Below, one piece after another: positions 1 through 7,269 of a stretch of 27,022 nucleotides of DNA. Under the pieces are notes generated by a model. That model searched no databases. It was not told the origin of the DNA and worked only from the letters and a program-made list of their open reading frames with translations. The stretch spans positions 1 through 27,022 of the forward strand of contig JAEXXN010000336.1 of the NCBI GenBank assembly GCA_023405875.1, read 5' to 3'. The position numbers were made by a program, and so were the translations under genes. The stretch comes from Bacillota bacterium (GTDB taxonomy: Bacteria; Bacillota; Clostridia; Lutisporales; Lutisporaceae). The first letter of the stretch is position 1; each line of letters begins with the position of its first letter.

Positions 1-1
1 A

Positions 2-199
2 TACACCGGAGGCGCGGCTCTGTTGAGTGAAATACGCAGGCAGGTAGGAGATAAGACTTTTTTCACTATACTGCAGAGCTATTATCAGAAGTACTCCTTC
101 CAGAATGCGACTACCGAGGATTTTTTGGCAGTATGTGAGGAAGTAAGCGGCAAGGATTTTGACGAACTGTTCGACTATCACTTGAGCAGCGGGAAATAA
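2..199 (+). CDS. M1-family metallopeptidase, C-terminal part (5'-truncated by window)
   Basis: Manual translation of frame 2: YTGGAALLSEIRRQVGDKTFFTILQSYYQKYSFQNATTEDF..., matching the Y-x-x-GA-x-x-L...GD-x-x-F...Y...ATTEDF segment of M1 aminopeptidases; TAA at 197-199. Confidence 0.75.
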   Translation, partial: YTGGAALLSEIRRQVGDKTFFTILQSYYQKYSFQNATTEDFLAVCEEVSGKDFDELFDYHLSSGK

Positions 200-211
200 G
201 AAGAATACGAC

Positions 212-320
212 GTAGAAAATGTGCAACAACCGGAACGACGAGGGCGTCGTTCCCTACAATTATTCAATTATGGTGTAGGGAACGGCGCCCCGCCGTTCCT
301 ATTATGTCGCATCTTTCTAC
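212..320. repeat. REP-like inverted doublet (two GTAG-GGAACG hairpin units) inside imperfect outer inverted repeats
   Basis: 231-257 reverse complement = GTAGGGAACGACGCCCTCGTCGTTCCG; 275-300 = GTAGGGAACGGCGCCCCGCCGTTCCT; outer arms GTAGAAAATGTGCAACA / TGTCGCATCTTTCTAC. Confidence 0.7.
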
Positions 321-355
321 TTATGCGAAATATATACAATAGCAGGGGGTCACAT

Positions 356-1432
356 ATGGATAAGAAATATAGGATATTGGTTGTAAATCCGGGGTCCACA
401 TCAACAAAAATAGCTGCCTATGAAAATGAAGAGGAGCTCTTTACGAGGGTGGTTTCCCATTCCGCAGAGCAGATAAAAGGCTTCGACAGGATATATGACC
501 AGTATGAATTCAGAAAGGAAATAGTTCTGGAGACACTTGCGGAAGAAGGTGTCTCCCTTGAAAGCTTTGACGCCCTCGCAGGGAGAGGCGGCAACATGAA
601 GCCGGTGGCTGGAGGTACCTACAGTATAAATGAGCAGATGCTGGAGGACCTGCGGATAGGAGTAATGGGGCAGCATCCCTCCAATCTTGGGGCGAAGATC
701 GTATCTGAGCTGGCAAAGCCTCTGGGGCTGCCGGCTTATATAGTCGACCCCGTTGTTGTTGACGAGCTGGAGGCTATTGCAAGGATTTCGGGGATGCCGG
801 AAATAGAAAGAAAAGCAAAGGCTCATCCTTTGAATCAGAAGGCCGCAGCAAGGCGTGCGGCTTCCGAGCTGGGAAGGGAATACGCCGATATGAACCTGAT
901 CGTAGCACATTTGGGCGGAGGAATATCCATAGGCATACATAGAAAAGGAAGGATAGTGGATGTGAACAATGCGTTGGACGGGGACGGTACCTTTTCTCCC
1001 GAAAGGTCCGGGGGACTTCCTGTCGGGGCTTTGGTGGACATGTGTTTCTCCGGCAGCTATACAAAGAATGAAATCATGAGAAAAATAGTTGGAAACGGCG
1101 GCCTGACTGCTTACCTGGGAACCAATGACGGAAGAGAAGTACAGCGCAGGATAAAAGCCGGGGATGAGTATGCAAAGCTCATATATGAAGCTATGGCCTA
1201 TCAGATAGCCAAGGAGATCGGAGCCGGAGCAACGGTGCTGAAGGGTAAGGTAGATGCGATCGTGCTGACCGGGGGAATAGCTCATGATACCGGTCTGGTT
1301 GGCTGGATAAGGGAAAGCGTTGACTTCATAGCACCTGTAAAGGTATATCCGGGGGAGCTTGAGATGATAGCCCTTTCCCAGGGTGTCATGAGGGTCCTCC
1401 GGGGCCAGGAAGAGGCCAGATCGTACAGGTAA
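356..1432 (+). CDS. buk: butyrate kinase
   Basis: ILVVNPGSTSTK, GRGG, HPSNLGA, IVDPVVVDE, HLGGGIS, PERSG, LTGGIA, YPGELE motifs; start moved to ATG 356 behind AGGGGG SD (the ORF-track extension runs through the repeat). Confidence 0.95.
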   Translation: MDKKYRILVVNPGSTSTKIAAYENEEELFTRVVSHSAEQIKGFDRIYDQYEFRKEIVLETLAEEGVSLESFDALAGRGGNMKPVAGGTYSINEQMLEDLRIGVMGQHPSNLGAKIVSELAKPLGLPAYIVDPVVVDELEAIARISGMPEIERKAKAHPLNQKAAARRAASELGREYADMNLIVAHLGGGISIGIHRKGRIVDVNNALDGDGTFSPERSGGLPVGALVDMCFSGSYTKNEIMRKIVGNGGLTAYLGTNDGREVQRRIKAGDEYAKLIYEAMAYQIAKEIGAGATVLKGKVDAIVLTGGIAHDTGLVGWIRESVDFIAPVKVYPGELEMIALSQGVMRVLRGQEEARSYR

Positions 1433-1437
1433 AAATC

Positions 1438-1475
1438 AAGGCCCTGCGGATTGCAAAAATCTGCAGGGCCTTTTT
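1438..1475 (+). terminator. Rho-independent terminator after buk
   Basis: AAGGCCCTGCGGAT-loop-ATCTGCAGGGCCTT then T-run. Confidence 0.8.
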
Positions 1476-1511
1476 GAAGTTAAAAATAATTGTTGAAAGT
1501 CTAAACAATCA

Positions 1512-1537
1512 TAAGACTTTTTCCTTTGGCATCCGTA
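1512..1537 (+). promoter_or_regulatory. possible ECF-sigma promoter
   Basis: TAAGAC-N16-CGTA resembles the B. subtilis SigW consensus TGAAAC-N16-CGTA. Confidence 0.3.
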
Positions 1538-1570
1538 GTATACTATAGAAAGAGGAATGGAGGGACTGTA

Positions 1571-2866
1571 ATGATAAAGAAAAAAGTGGGCAGCATTACC
1601 TTGGCTGTGGGGCTCATTACTGTTGGAGCACTGCTGTTCGCACAGAATTTTATGGATATACCCGTAAAGGACATATATAGATACTGGCCGGTGCTTCTTA
1701 TAGGACTGGGACTGGAAATGGTGCTTTATATGGTGCTTTACGGCAGGAGCGGCAACGAGGTCAAGCTCAGTGTGGACGGCCTGTGCATAGTTTTTATAAT
1801 AATACTCGGACTGATATCCAATGGTGTACGGTTCATGAATATCGATGTCCCGGGACGTATGTTTTTTGGATTCCACGGGGGTTCGATAGTTGACGGGGTC
1901 AGGTACAACAATCAGATAACAGAGACATATGTCAAGGATAATATTTCAGAGAGCTATAATATCAAGGAACTGAAGGTTACCAATGATTTTGGAGACATTA
2001 AGGTGCTGCCTGCCGAAGGGAAAGGCATAAGAATTGAGGCGGAGGTAGCAGTAAAATACGGCAATGAGGCTATGGCAAGGGAGTACGTCAAAAATGCCAT
2101 ACAGATAAAAGAAGGAGAGATCACTGAGATCTCCCCGAAGGAACCGGTCAACTGGAACAAAAAGGACTATTCAAAGGCACAGATAGATTTTGTTATATAT
2201 GCGCCGAAGCAGATAAACCTGGATGCAAGAGGAAGCTTTGGCGACATAAGTGCAGATGGAATAGACGGCAAATGTATTATTGAGAACAAGAACGGCGAAA
2301 TCAAAGCTTCAAATATAGGCGGAGATTTGAAGGTAGATAACGCCTTCGGTGATATAGAGGTAAGCAATGTGGGTGGGAAAGCAGAAATAAATAATAAAAA
2401 CGGCCAGATAGAAGCAGACCATATTTCAGGCTCGGCGGTTATTGAGGGCCACTTTGGAGACATTGAAGTAAAAACTGTAGGCGGGGATGCAAAGATAGTC
2501 AGCAGCAACGGACAGATCACTGCTTATGATATCAACGGCAAGGCAGAGCTGATCAACTCCTTCGGAGATATAAACATTGCCCGGGCAAAGGGCGGAATAA
2601 TTGTGGAAAACAAGAACGGAAGGATAGAAGCAGAAGCGGTGACCGGAAATGCATCAGTAAAGAACGCCTTCGGGGATATATATTTCAAATCAGCCAGCCT
2701 GAATGACGGGGATATATACGCCAAGACAAAATTCGGCGATATCGACTGCGAAAAGCCTCTCCAGCTTAAAAAGGAAGGTCAGGATACCGTTGCACAGGGC
2801 AAGCTGGGCTCGGGGCAGTACAGGATAGAGCTTGAGACCAACAACGGGAATATAAGCATAGAGTAA
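1571..2866 (+). CDS. membrane protein with N-terminal LiaF/LiaI-like TM segments and DUF4097 (adhesin-like) beta-strand repeats
   Basis: N-terminal TM helices with YWPVLLIGLGLE; alternating N-x-FGDI / NKNG-x-I repeats; SD GGAGGG before ATG 1571. Confidence 0.8.
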   Translation: MIKKKVGSITLAVGLITVGALLFAQNFMDIPVKDIYRYWPVLLIGLGLEMVLYMVLYGRSGNEVKLSVDGLCIVFIIILGLISNGVRFMNIDVPGRMFFGFHGGSIVDGVRYNNQITETYVKDNISESYNIKELKVTNDFGDIKVLPAEGKGIRIEAEVAVKYGNEAMAREYVKNAIQIKEGEITEISPKEPVNWNKKDYSKAQIDFVIYAPKQINLDARGSFGDISADGIDGKCIIENKNGEIKASNIGGDLKVDNAFGDIEVSNVGGKAEINNKNGQIEADHISGSAVIEGHFGDIEVKTVGGDAKIVSSNGQITAYDINGKAELINSFGDINIARAKGGIIVENKNGRIEAEAVTGNASVKNAFGDIYFKSASLNDGDIYAKTKFGDIDCEKPLQLKKEGQDTVAQGKLGSGQYRIELETNNGNISIE

Positions 2867-2887
2867 GGCTCAGAAAATGAGCCTTTA
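2865..2887 (+). terminator. probable terminator hairpin
   Basis: AAGGCTCA-GAAAA-TGAGCCTT followed by T-rich tract. Confidence 0.6.
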
Positions 2888-2949
2888 TTCTTTTTTATCC
2901 TTATGGTAAATTGTTCATAAGTAATCATTATTCGGAATTTGGAGGGCAT

Positions 2950-3606
2950 ATGTACAAGGATATAAAAGCGGTAATATTTGATGTAGACGGTACACTGGTG
3001 GATTCCATGTGGATATGGAAGCAGGTGGACATAGAATTTCTCGGGAAAAGAGGGATTCCGCTTCCGGAGAAGCTGCAGTCCGAAATAGAGGGAATGAGCT
3101 TCTCGGAAACGGCAATATATTTCAAGGCCAAATTTGACCTCCGGGAGACCCTGGAGGAGATAAAGGCAGAATGGAATGCAATGGCCGAGGACTACTACAG
3201 GACACACATAAAGCTGAAGGGCGGAGTCAAGGAATTACTTGAGCTGCTCCAGGACAAGGGGTTTACAATGGGAATAGCTACAAGCAATTCCCGGGAGCTG
3301 GTTGACCATATGCTGGCCAATCACGGAATAAGACAATATTTTTCAAAAATAAGGACCTCCTGCGAGGTGGAAAAGGGAAAGCCGCATCCCGATGTATACC
3401 TGAAGGTAGCTGAGGATATGGGCATAGCACCGGATAATTGCCTTGTATTTGAGGACACCCTGGCGGGAGTAATGGCGGCAAAGTCGGCGGGTATGAAGGT
3501 ATTTGCGGTGGCCGACGAGATATCCTTCGAGTCGAAGGATAAGCTTGCGGAGATGACTGAGGGCTACATCCACAGCTTTGAAGAGGTAATGAAGTATTTT
3601 CGGTAA
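2950..3606 (+). CDS. HAD-superfamily phosphatase (beta-PGM/CbbY-like)
   Basis: FDVDGTLVDS motif I, ATSN motif II, GKPHPDVY, VFEDT motif IV; SD GGAGGG before ATG 2950. Confidence 0.9.
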   Translation: MYKDIKAVIFDVDGTLVDSMWIWKQVDIEFLGKRGIPLPEKLQSEIEGMSFSETAIYFKAKFDLRETLEEIKAEWNAMAEDYYRTHIKLKGGVKELLELLQDKGFTMGIATSNSRELVDHMLANHGIRQYFSKIRTSCEVEKGKPHPDVYLKVAEDMGIAPDNCLVFEDTLAGVMAAKSAGMKVFAVADEISFESKDKLAEMTEGYIHSFEEVMKYFR

Positions 3607-3649
3607 AGCTTTGAAAAAAGAGTGATAAGATATGATTTGTGAAATATCG

Positions 3650-3869
3650 AAGAAGCAATAGCCTTGTATATCGACTCGCACCCTATAAGCTTTGGACAGA
3701 ATCTGAGCTCGATAGGCCGGAAAATCCTAACGCTCATAACCCGACGTCCTGTCGGTATGAGCTGGCTTCGCATCCTTGCTCAGCCCACGGATTTTCCGGC
3801 CTATCTTCACCCGATTCTGTTACCCAAAGCTTATAAAGTGCTCCCTGATATACAAGGCTATTGCTTCTT
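3650..3869. mobile_element. 220-bp palindromic MITE-like element
   Basis: Perfect 23-bp terminal IR AAGAAGCAATAGCCTTGTATATC (3650-3672 / 3847-3869); nested IR blocks TATAAGCTTTGG, ACAGAATC, GATAGGCCGGAAAATCC; two inner hairpins with CGTCCTG and CATCCTTG apices. Confidence 0.75.
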
Positions 3870-4091
3870 TAGACTCAACTTTGTCTTTTGAGCTTCTATT
3901 TTTAAAAATCAAAATTACTCTTTTAATTTGTGAAGTGAAAGTTTGAGACATTGCGTCTTAAGTTACATAAGAACAAATAAAATTCCGGATTCATACCAGA
4001 ATAATTAATACTGAAAATATTATTTTTTATGCTGCAAGGTTTATTGCAAAAGATGCGGCTCTTCATTTTTTTTATGGTGGGAAGTGATAGG

Positions 4092-4679
4092 TTGAGGGAC
4101 GAAGAACTGGTTTCATATATAATAAAGGGTAAGACTGAACTGTTCTCGGTTATAATAGACAGGTATCAGTCCAAGGTTTTCTCAACGGTCTATCACTATA
4201 CACACGATCATGAGGAAGCCAGGGACCTGACCCAGGAGATATTCATCAAGCTTTACAACAACCTGGAAAGCTACCAGAGCAAGGCCTCCTTCTCCACGTG
4301 GCTGTACAGGATAGCAGTAAACAGGTGTATTGACTGGACCAGAAAAAAGAGGCTTCCGACGGTATCCGCCATGTATGACGGCAGTGAAGAGGAAATAGAT
4401 ATATACGATACCATAGCAGACAGGGGCGGAGGTCCCGAAGAGGAGCTTATAAAGCAGGAAAACAGGGCATACATCAGGAAAGTGGTGGAGGATCTGCCCG
4501 AGATTTATAAAACTGTCATAATACTATACTACTTTGAAGATTTCAGCCCCCAGGAGATATCGGATATAACCGACATTCCCAAGCGCACCATAGAGACGAG
4601 ACTTTACAGGGGCAAGAACCTTCTGAAGCTCAGACTGGAAGAATTGGTTTGCGGAGGTGAAAAAAATGTGCTGCAATGA
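4092..4679 (+). CDS. ECF-family RNA polymerase sigma factor (SigW-like)
   Basis: DLTQEIFIKLY, FSTWLYRIAVN region 2; LPEIYKTVIILYYFED...EIS...TIETRLYRG region 4; start is TTG 4092 or ATG 4074. Confidence 0.9.
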   Translation: MRDEELVSYIIKGKTELFSVIIDRYQSKVFSTVYHYTHDHEEARDLTQEIFIKLYNNLESYQSKASFSTWLYRIAVNRCIDWTRKKRLPTVSAMYDGSEEEIDIYDTIADRGGGPEEELIKQENRAYIRKVVEDLPEIYKTVIILYYFEDFSPQEISDITDIPKRTIETRLYRGKNLLKLRLEELVCGGEKNVLQ

Positions 4680-5181
4680 ATACAGATACAATCTTCATGA
4701 ATATTCGACCGGAAAATTGAGTGAGCTTGAGAGCCATGCAACAATAAAGCATCTGAAGTCCTGTGAAAAATGCCGTAGGGAACTGGAGGAGATCAGAGCG
4801 CTGAAAAGCTTTCTGAAGGCGGGTATTCAGGATATGCCGCTGCCTCCCATGGATCTGAAGTCAGGGATAATGAAGTCCATTAACCTGAGAAGGTATGACG
4901 CACCGCGCCGCAATACGCTTGGGGAGCTGGCAAACTGGGGAATGAGCCTTGTCGCAGCAGGTTTGATACTTTTGCTGGTCAACATAGCTCCTGCGGGCGA
5001 TCTGTCACAGGCACAGAATGATTGGGATACCAGAAGGGAAAATATAAGAGAGAAGATATATCAGCCCATTAGTTCAATAAATGAGGGATTGGACGAGTTT
5101 ACAAGCAGGATCACTCAGCTCGATGGGATTACAGGGAGAATGGAAAGAGAGAAAAAGGGAGGAAGTTCAGATGAAATGTAA
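4666..5181 (+). CDS. zinc-binding (zf-HC2/ZAS) transmembrane anti-sigma factor
   Basis: HLKSCEKC (HxxxCxxC), one TM helix, overlaps the sigma gene stop; SD GGAGGTG before ATG 4666. Confidence 0.85.
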   Translation: MCCNEYRYNLHEYSTGKLSELESHATIKHLKSCEKCRRELEEIRALKSFLKAGIQDMPLPPMDLKSGIMKSINLRRYDAPRRNTLGELANWGMSLVAAGLILLLVNIAPAGDLSQAQNDWDTRRENIREKIYQPISSINEGLDEFTSRITQLDGITGRMEREKKGGSSDEM

Positions 5182-5836
5182 GTATCATAAGGAAGCAGAA
5201 GCAAAATTTATCTGTGATAAATGCAAGCAGCCCATTTGTGAAGAGTGTTCCGTAGATGTGAACGGCAATAAGATATGCAGCAGCTGCATTCAGAAGTCGT
5301 TATTCTCTAACGATGGCCATTATTACAAGGGAGGCCTGATTGAGAACTTTGTGTTCTTCTGCTTTGCAGTAATACCGGGAGCGGCCCAGATGTACATGAA
5401 CCTTTTCAAAAGAGGGTTCCAGATGATGTTCGGGTTTATAGGCGCCATGGTGCTGTTCAGCTATATCAACACCGAAAGCATGATACCGCTTATAATAATA
5501 CCCACCTGGTTTTTCAGCTTCTTTGACAGCTATGCCATAAGAAGAAGGCTCAGAAGAGGAGAAATGGTAGAAGACGCAACGATATTTGATTACAATATAA
5601 TACTTCAGAACAAGAGAGCAGTGGGAATGGTAGTATTGGTCCTGGGCATACTGGGAGTTGTCAACGCCTTTGAAGATTCGGTACTTCGGCAGATCTTCGG
5701 CGGTCAGCTTTATTGGGCTATCAAGAGAAGCATAGTACCGCTGGCCTTGGTTATTGCAGGTGTTATGGTATTGACCAAAACCAAAAAGGCAGAAGAGCAG
5801 CAGAACAACAACGACGAACAGGATATGGAGCTGTAA
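5171..5836 (+). CDS. membrane protein with N-terminal B-box-like Zn finger
   Basis: MKCKYH...CDKCKQPICEEC...CSSC, IPGAAQMY motif, several TM helices; overlaps the anti-sigma stop. Confidence 0.8.
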   Translation: MKCKYHKEAEAKFICDKCKQPICEECSVDVNGNKICSSCIQKSLFSNDGHYYKGGLIENFVFFCFAVIPGAAQMYMNLFKRGFQMMFGFIGAMVLFSYINTESMIPLIIIPTWFFSFFDSYAIRRRLRRGEMVEDATIFDYNIILQNKRAVGMVVLVLGILGVVNAFEDSVLRQIFGGQLYWAIKRSIVPLALVIAGVMVLTKTKKAEEQQNNNDEQDMEL

Positions 5837-5882
5837 AAAAGTATTATTATCCTTCAAAATCTGATATAATTAAAATATTACT

Positions 5883-5914
5883 ACCCGTAAAATTGAATAT
5901 TTTACGGGTTTTTT
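5883..5914 (+). terminator. terminator-like hairpin between the ECF operon and the selenoprotein gene
   Basis: ACCCGTAAAAT-TGAAT-ATTTTACGGGT plus T-run. Confidence 0.65.
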
Positions 5915-5949
5915 GCAAACAAAATGCATTTGGAAACGAGGTGGATCTC

Positions 5950-6246
5950 ATGAATATTATGATAGAAAAAGATGCAGTGGAATATATAAAAAAACACTCA
6001 CAGGACAATTCGGTTCTACTCTATATCCATACCTCCAGCGCCGGCTGATGCGGTGTCATACCAACTCCGACAGTTCAGTTGGAGAAGCCCAGGCTTGCCG
6101 ATAAATTTGACGTATTTGAAGTGGACGGTATCAATGTCTATATCAGGAAGGACATTAAGCTCACTGACGGTAATGTGCGTGTTTTCCTGCGAAGGTTCCT
6201 CTGGATAAAGGACCTGGCAGTAGACGGACTGAGTATAAATTACTAA
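5950..6246 (+). CDS. CC/Se-motif (HesB-like) small selenoprotein, Sec at codon 33
   Basis: Reading through TGA 6046-6048 gives 98 aa MNIMIEKDAVEYIKKH...SSAG-U-CGVIPTPTVQLEKP...FEVDGINVYI...LRRFLWIKDLAVDGLSINY; SD GAGGTGG; stem-loop right after the UGA. Confidence 0.8.
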
Positions 6247-6263
6247 AAACCCTGTTTTATACA

Positions 6264-6292
6264 TTGACTTATCGCGAGCAATTCACTATAAT
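6264..6292 (+). promoter_or_regulatory. sigma-A promoter of the tRNA
   Basis: TTGACT-N17-TATAAT. Confidence 0.8.
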
Positions 6293-6319
6293 GGAAATTG
6301 AGCTCAAAAAATCAATAAT

Positions 6320-6396
6320 GTGCCCGTAGCTCAGCTGGATAGAGTGTCTGACTACGAATCAGAAGGTCGTGGGTTCGACTCCCTCCGGGCACACCA
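6320..6396 (+). tRNA. tRNA-Arg(ACG)
   Basis: Acceptor GTGCCCG/CGGGCAC, D-arm AGCTCAGCTGGATAGAG, anticodon arm TCTGA-CTACGAA-TCAGA, GTTCGAC T-loop, encoded CCA. Confidence 0.97.
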
Positions 6397-6454
6397 TAAC
6401 AAAGTAATTGCAATGGTTTGAGACCATTTAGAAACTATAAAAAGCTGAAAGCAG

Positions 6455-6502
6455 ACCTACTGACTATTTAGTTGAAAATAGACTAGTCAGTGGGTTTCTT
6501 TT
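6455..6502 (+). terminator. probable terminator downstream of the tRNA
   Basis: ACCTACTGACTA...TAGTCAGTGGGT then TTCTTT. Confidence 0.5.
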
Positions 6503-6556
6503 ATTTTTTGTTTTCTTCTCTGATCAGTCGAAATTTACTATGAAAGGAAGAAAGAA

Positions 6557-7006
6557 ATTAGAATTAAACTAACAGCACCAAACAGTATGGCAAAGACTAT
6601 CAGTGAAGGCTTCAAAGAGCTCAATAGGTATTTTAGCGTAAAGAATTTATCAGAGAAAACACTTGATTATTATGAAGAGCGTTTAGCACGCTTCTACAAA
6701 TTCTACTCTGAAGAGGGACTATTATCGGACATAACACAATAAACAGTTGAGGACTATATTTCATTTCTAAAAACCAACACTGGCTTCAACAGTATATCAA
6801 TCAATTCTTTGCTAAGAGGGCTTAGAGCAATTTTATACTACTTCATGAAAACTGAATATGTTCTAGAGTTTAAAATTCAATTAGTAAAGTCAGAGAAGAG
6901 TGTAAAGGAGCCTTATGCAGAAACGGAATTAAAATTGCTCTTGAAAAAGCCGGACATAAAGCACAGTATCTTCACAGAGTACAGAGGTTGGGTAATAATA
7001 AATTAA
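6557..7006 (+). pseudogene. tyrosine integrase pseudogene, N-terminal (SAM-like/core-binding) part
   Basis: KNLSEKTLDYY...SDITQ*TVEDYISFL...SINSLLRGLRA...EYRGWVIIN*; internal TAA 6740-6742; ends just before the expected TGxR catalytic Arg. Confidence 0.75.
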
Positions 7007-7023
7007 TAGACTAAATACATTTT

Positions 7024-7160
7024 TTCAATAAGCATAGTAATGCAATAACGTCCATGTACTAAGGCATTTCCTCTGTACCAATACAATAGAAACAGGATAT
7101 AGCATTCATGAAGTCGCTAATCAGGCAGGGCATAGTAATATACATATAAATTTGCTGTAA
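7024..7160 (+). pseudogene. tyrosine recombinase C-terminal catalytic fragment
   Basis: FNKHSNAIT / frameshift / HVLRHFLCTNTIETGYSIHEVANQAGHSNIHINLL*: HxLRH and GH motifs, with TAA where the catalytic Tyr is expected. Confidence 0.75.
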
Positions 7161-7269
7161 CAATATCACACAAAACCATGAAAAATATAATAATATATGG
7201 TATTATATACAATAGTTGTATTTAATATATATGGTATTCTGTTATTTATCAAGTGTGGGGGGTATTGTT

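Noticed and set aside
221..355. 45-aa N-terminal extension of buk in the ORF track
   Set aside because: Runs through the REP-like palindrome; the SD and family N-terminus fit ATG 356
401..1285. 294-aa minus-strand ORF
   Set aside because: Antisense shadow of buk, no motifs
3639..3891. 65- and 75-aa ORFs
   Set aside because: Fall within the palindromic element, no SD or motifs
5713..6264. ORFs 5713-6048, 5913-6104 and 6016-6264
   Set aside because: Better explained by one UGA-readthrough gene at 5950-6246
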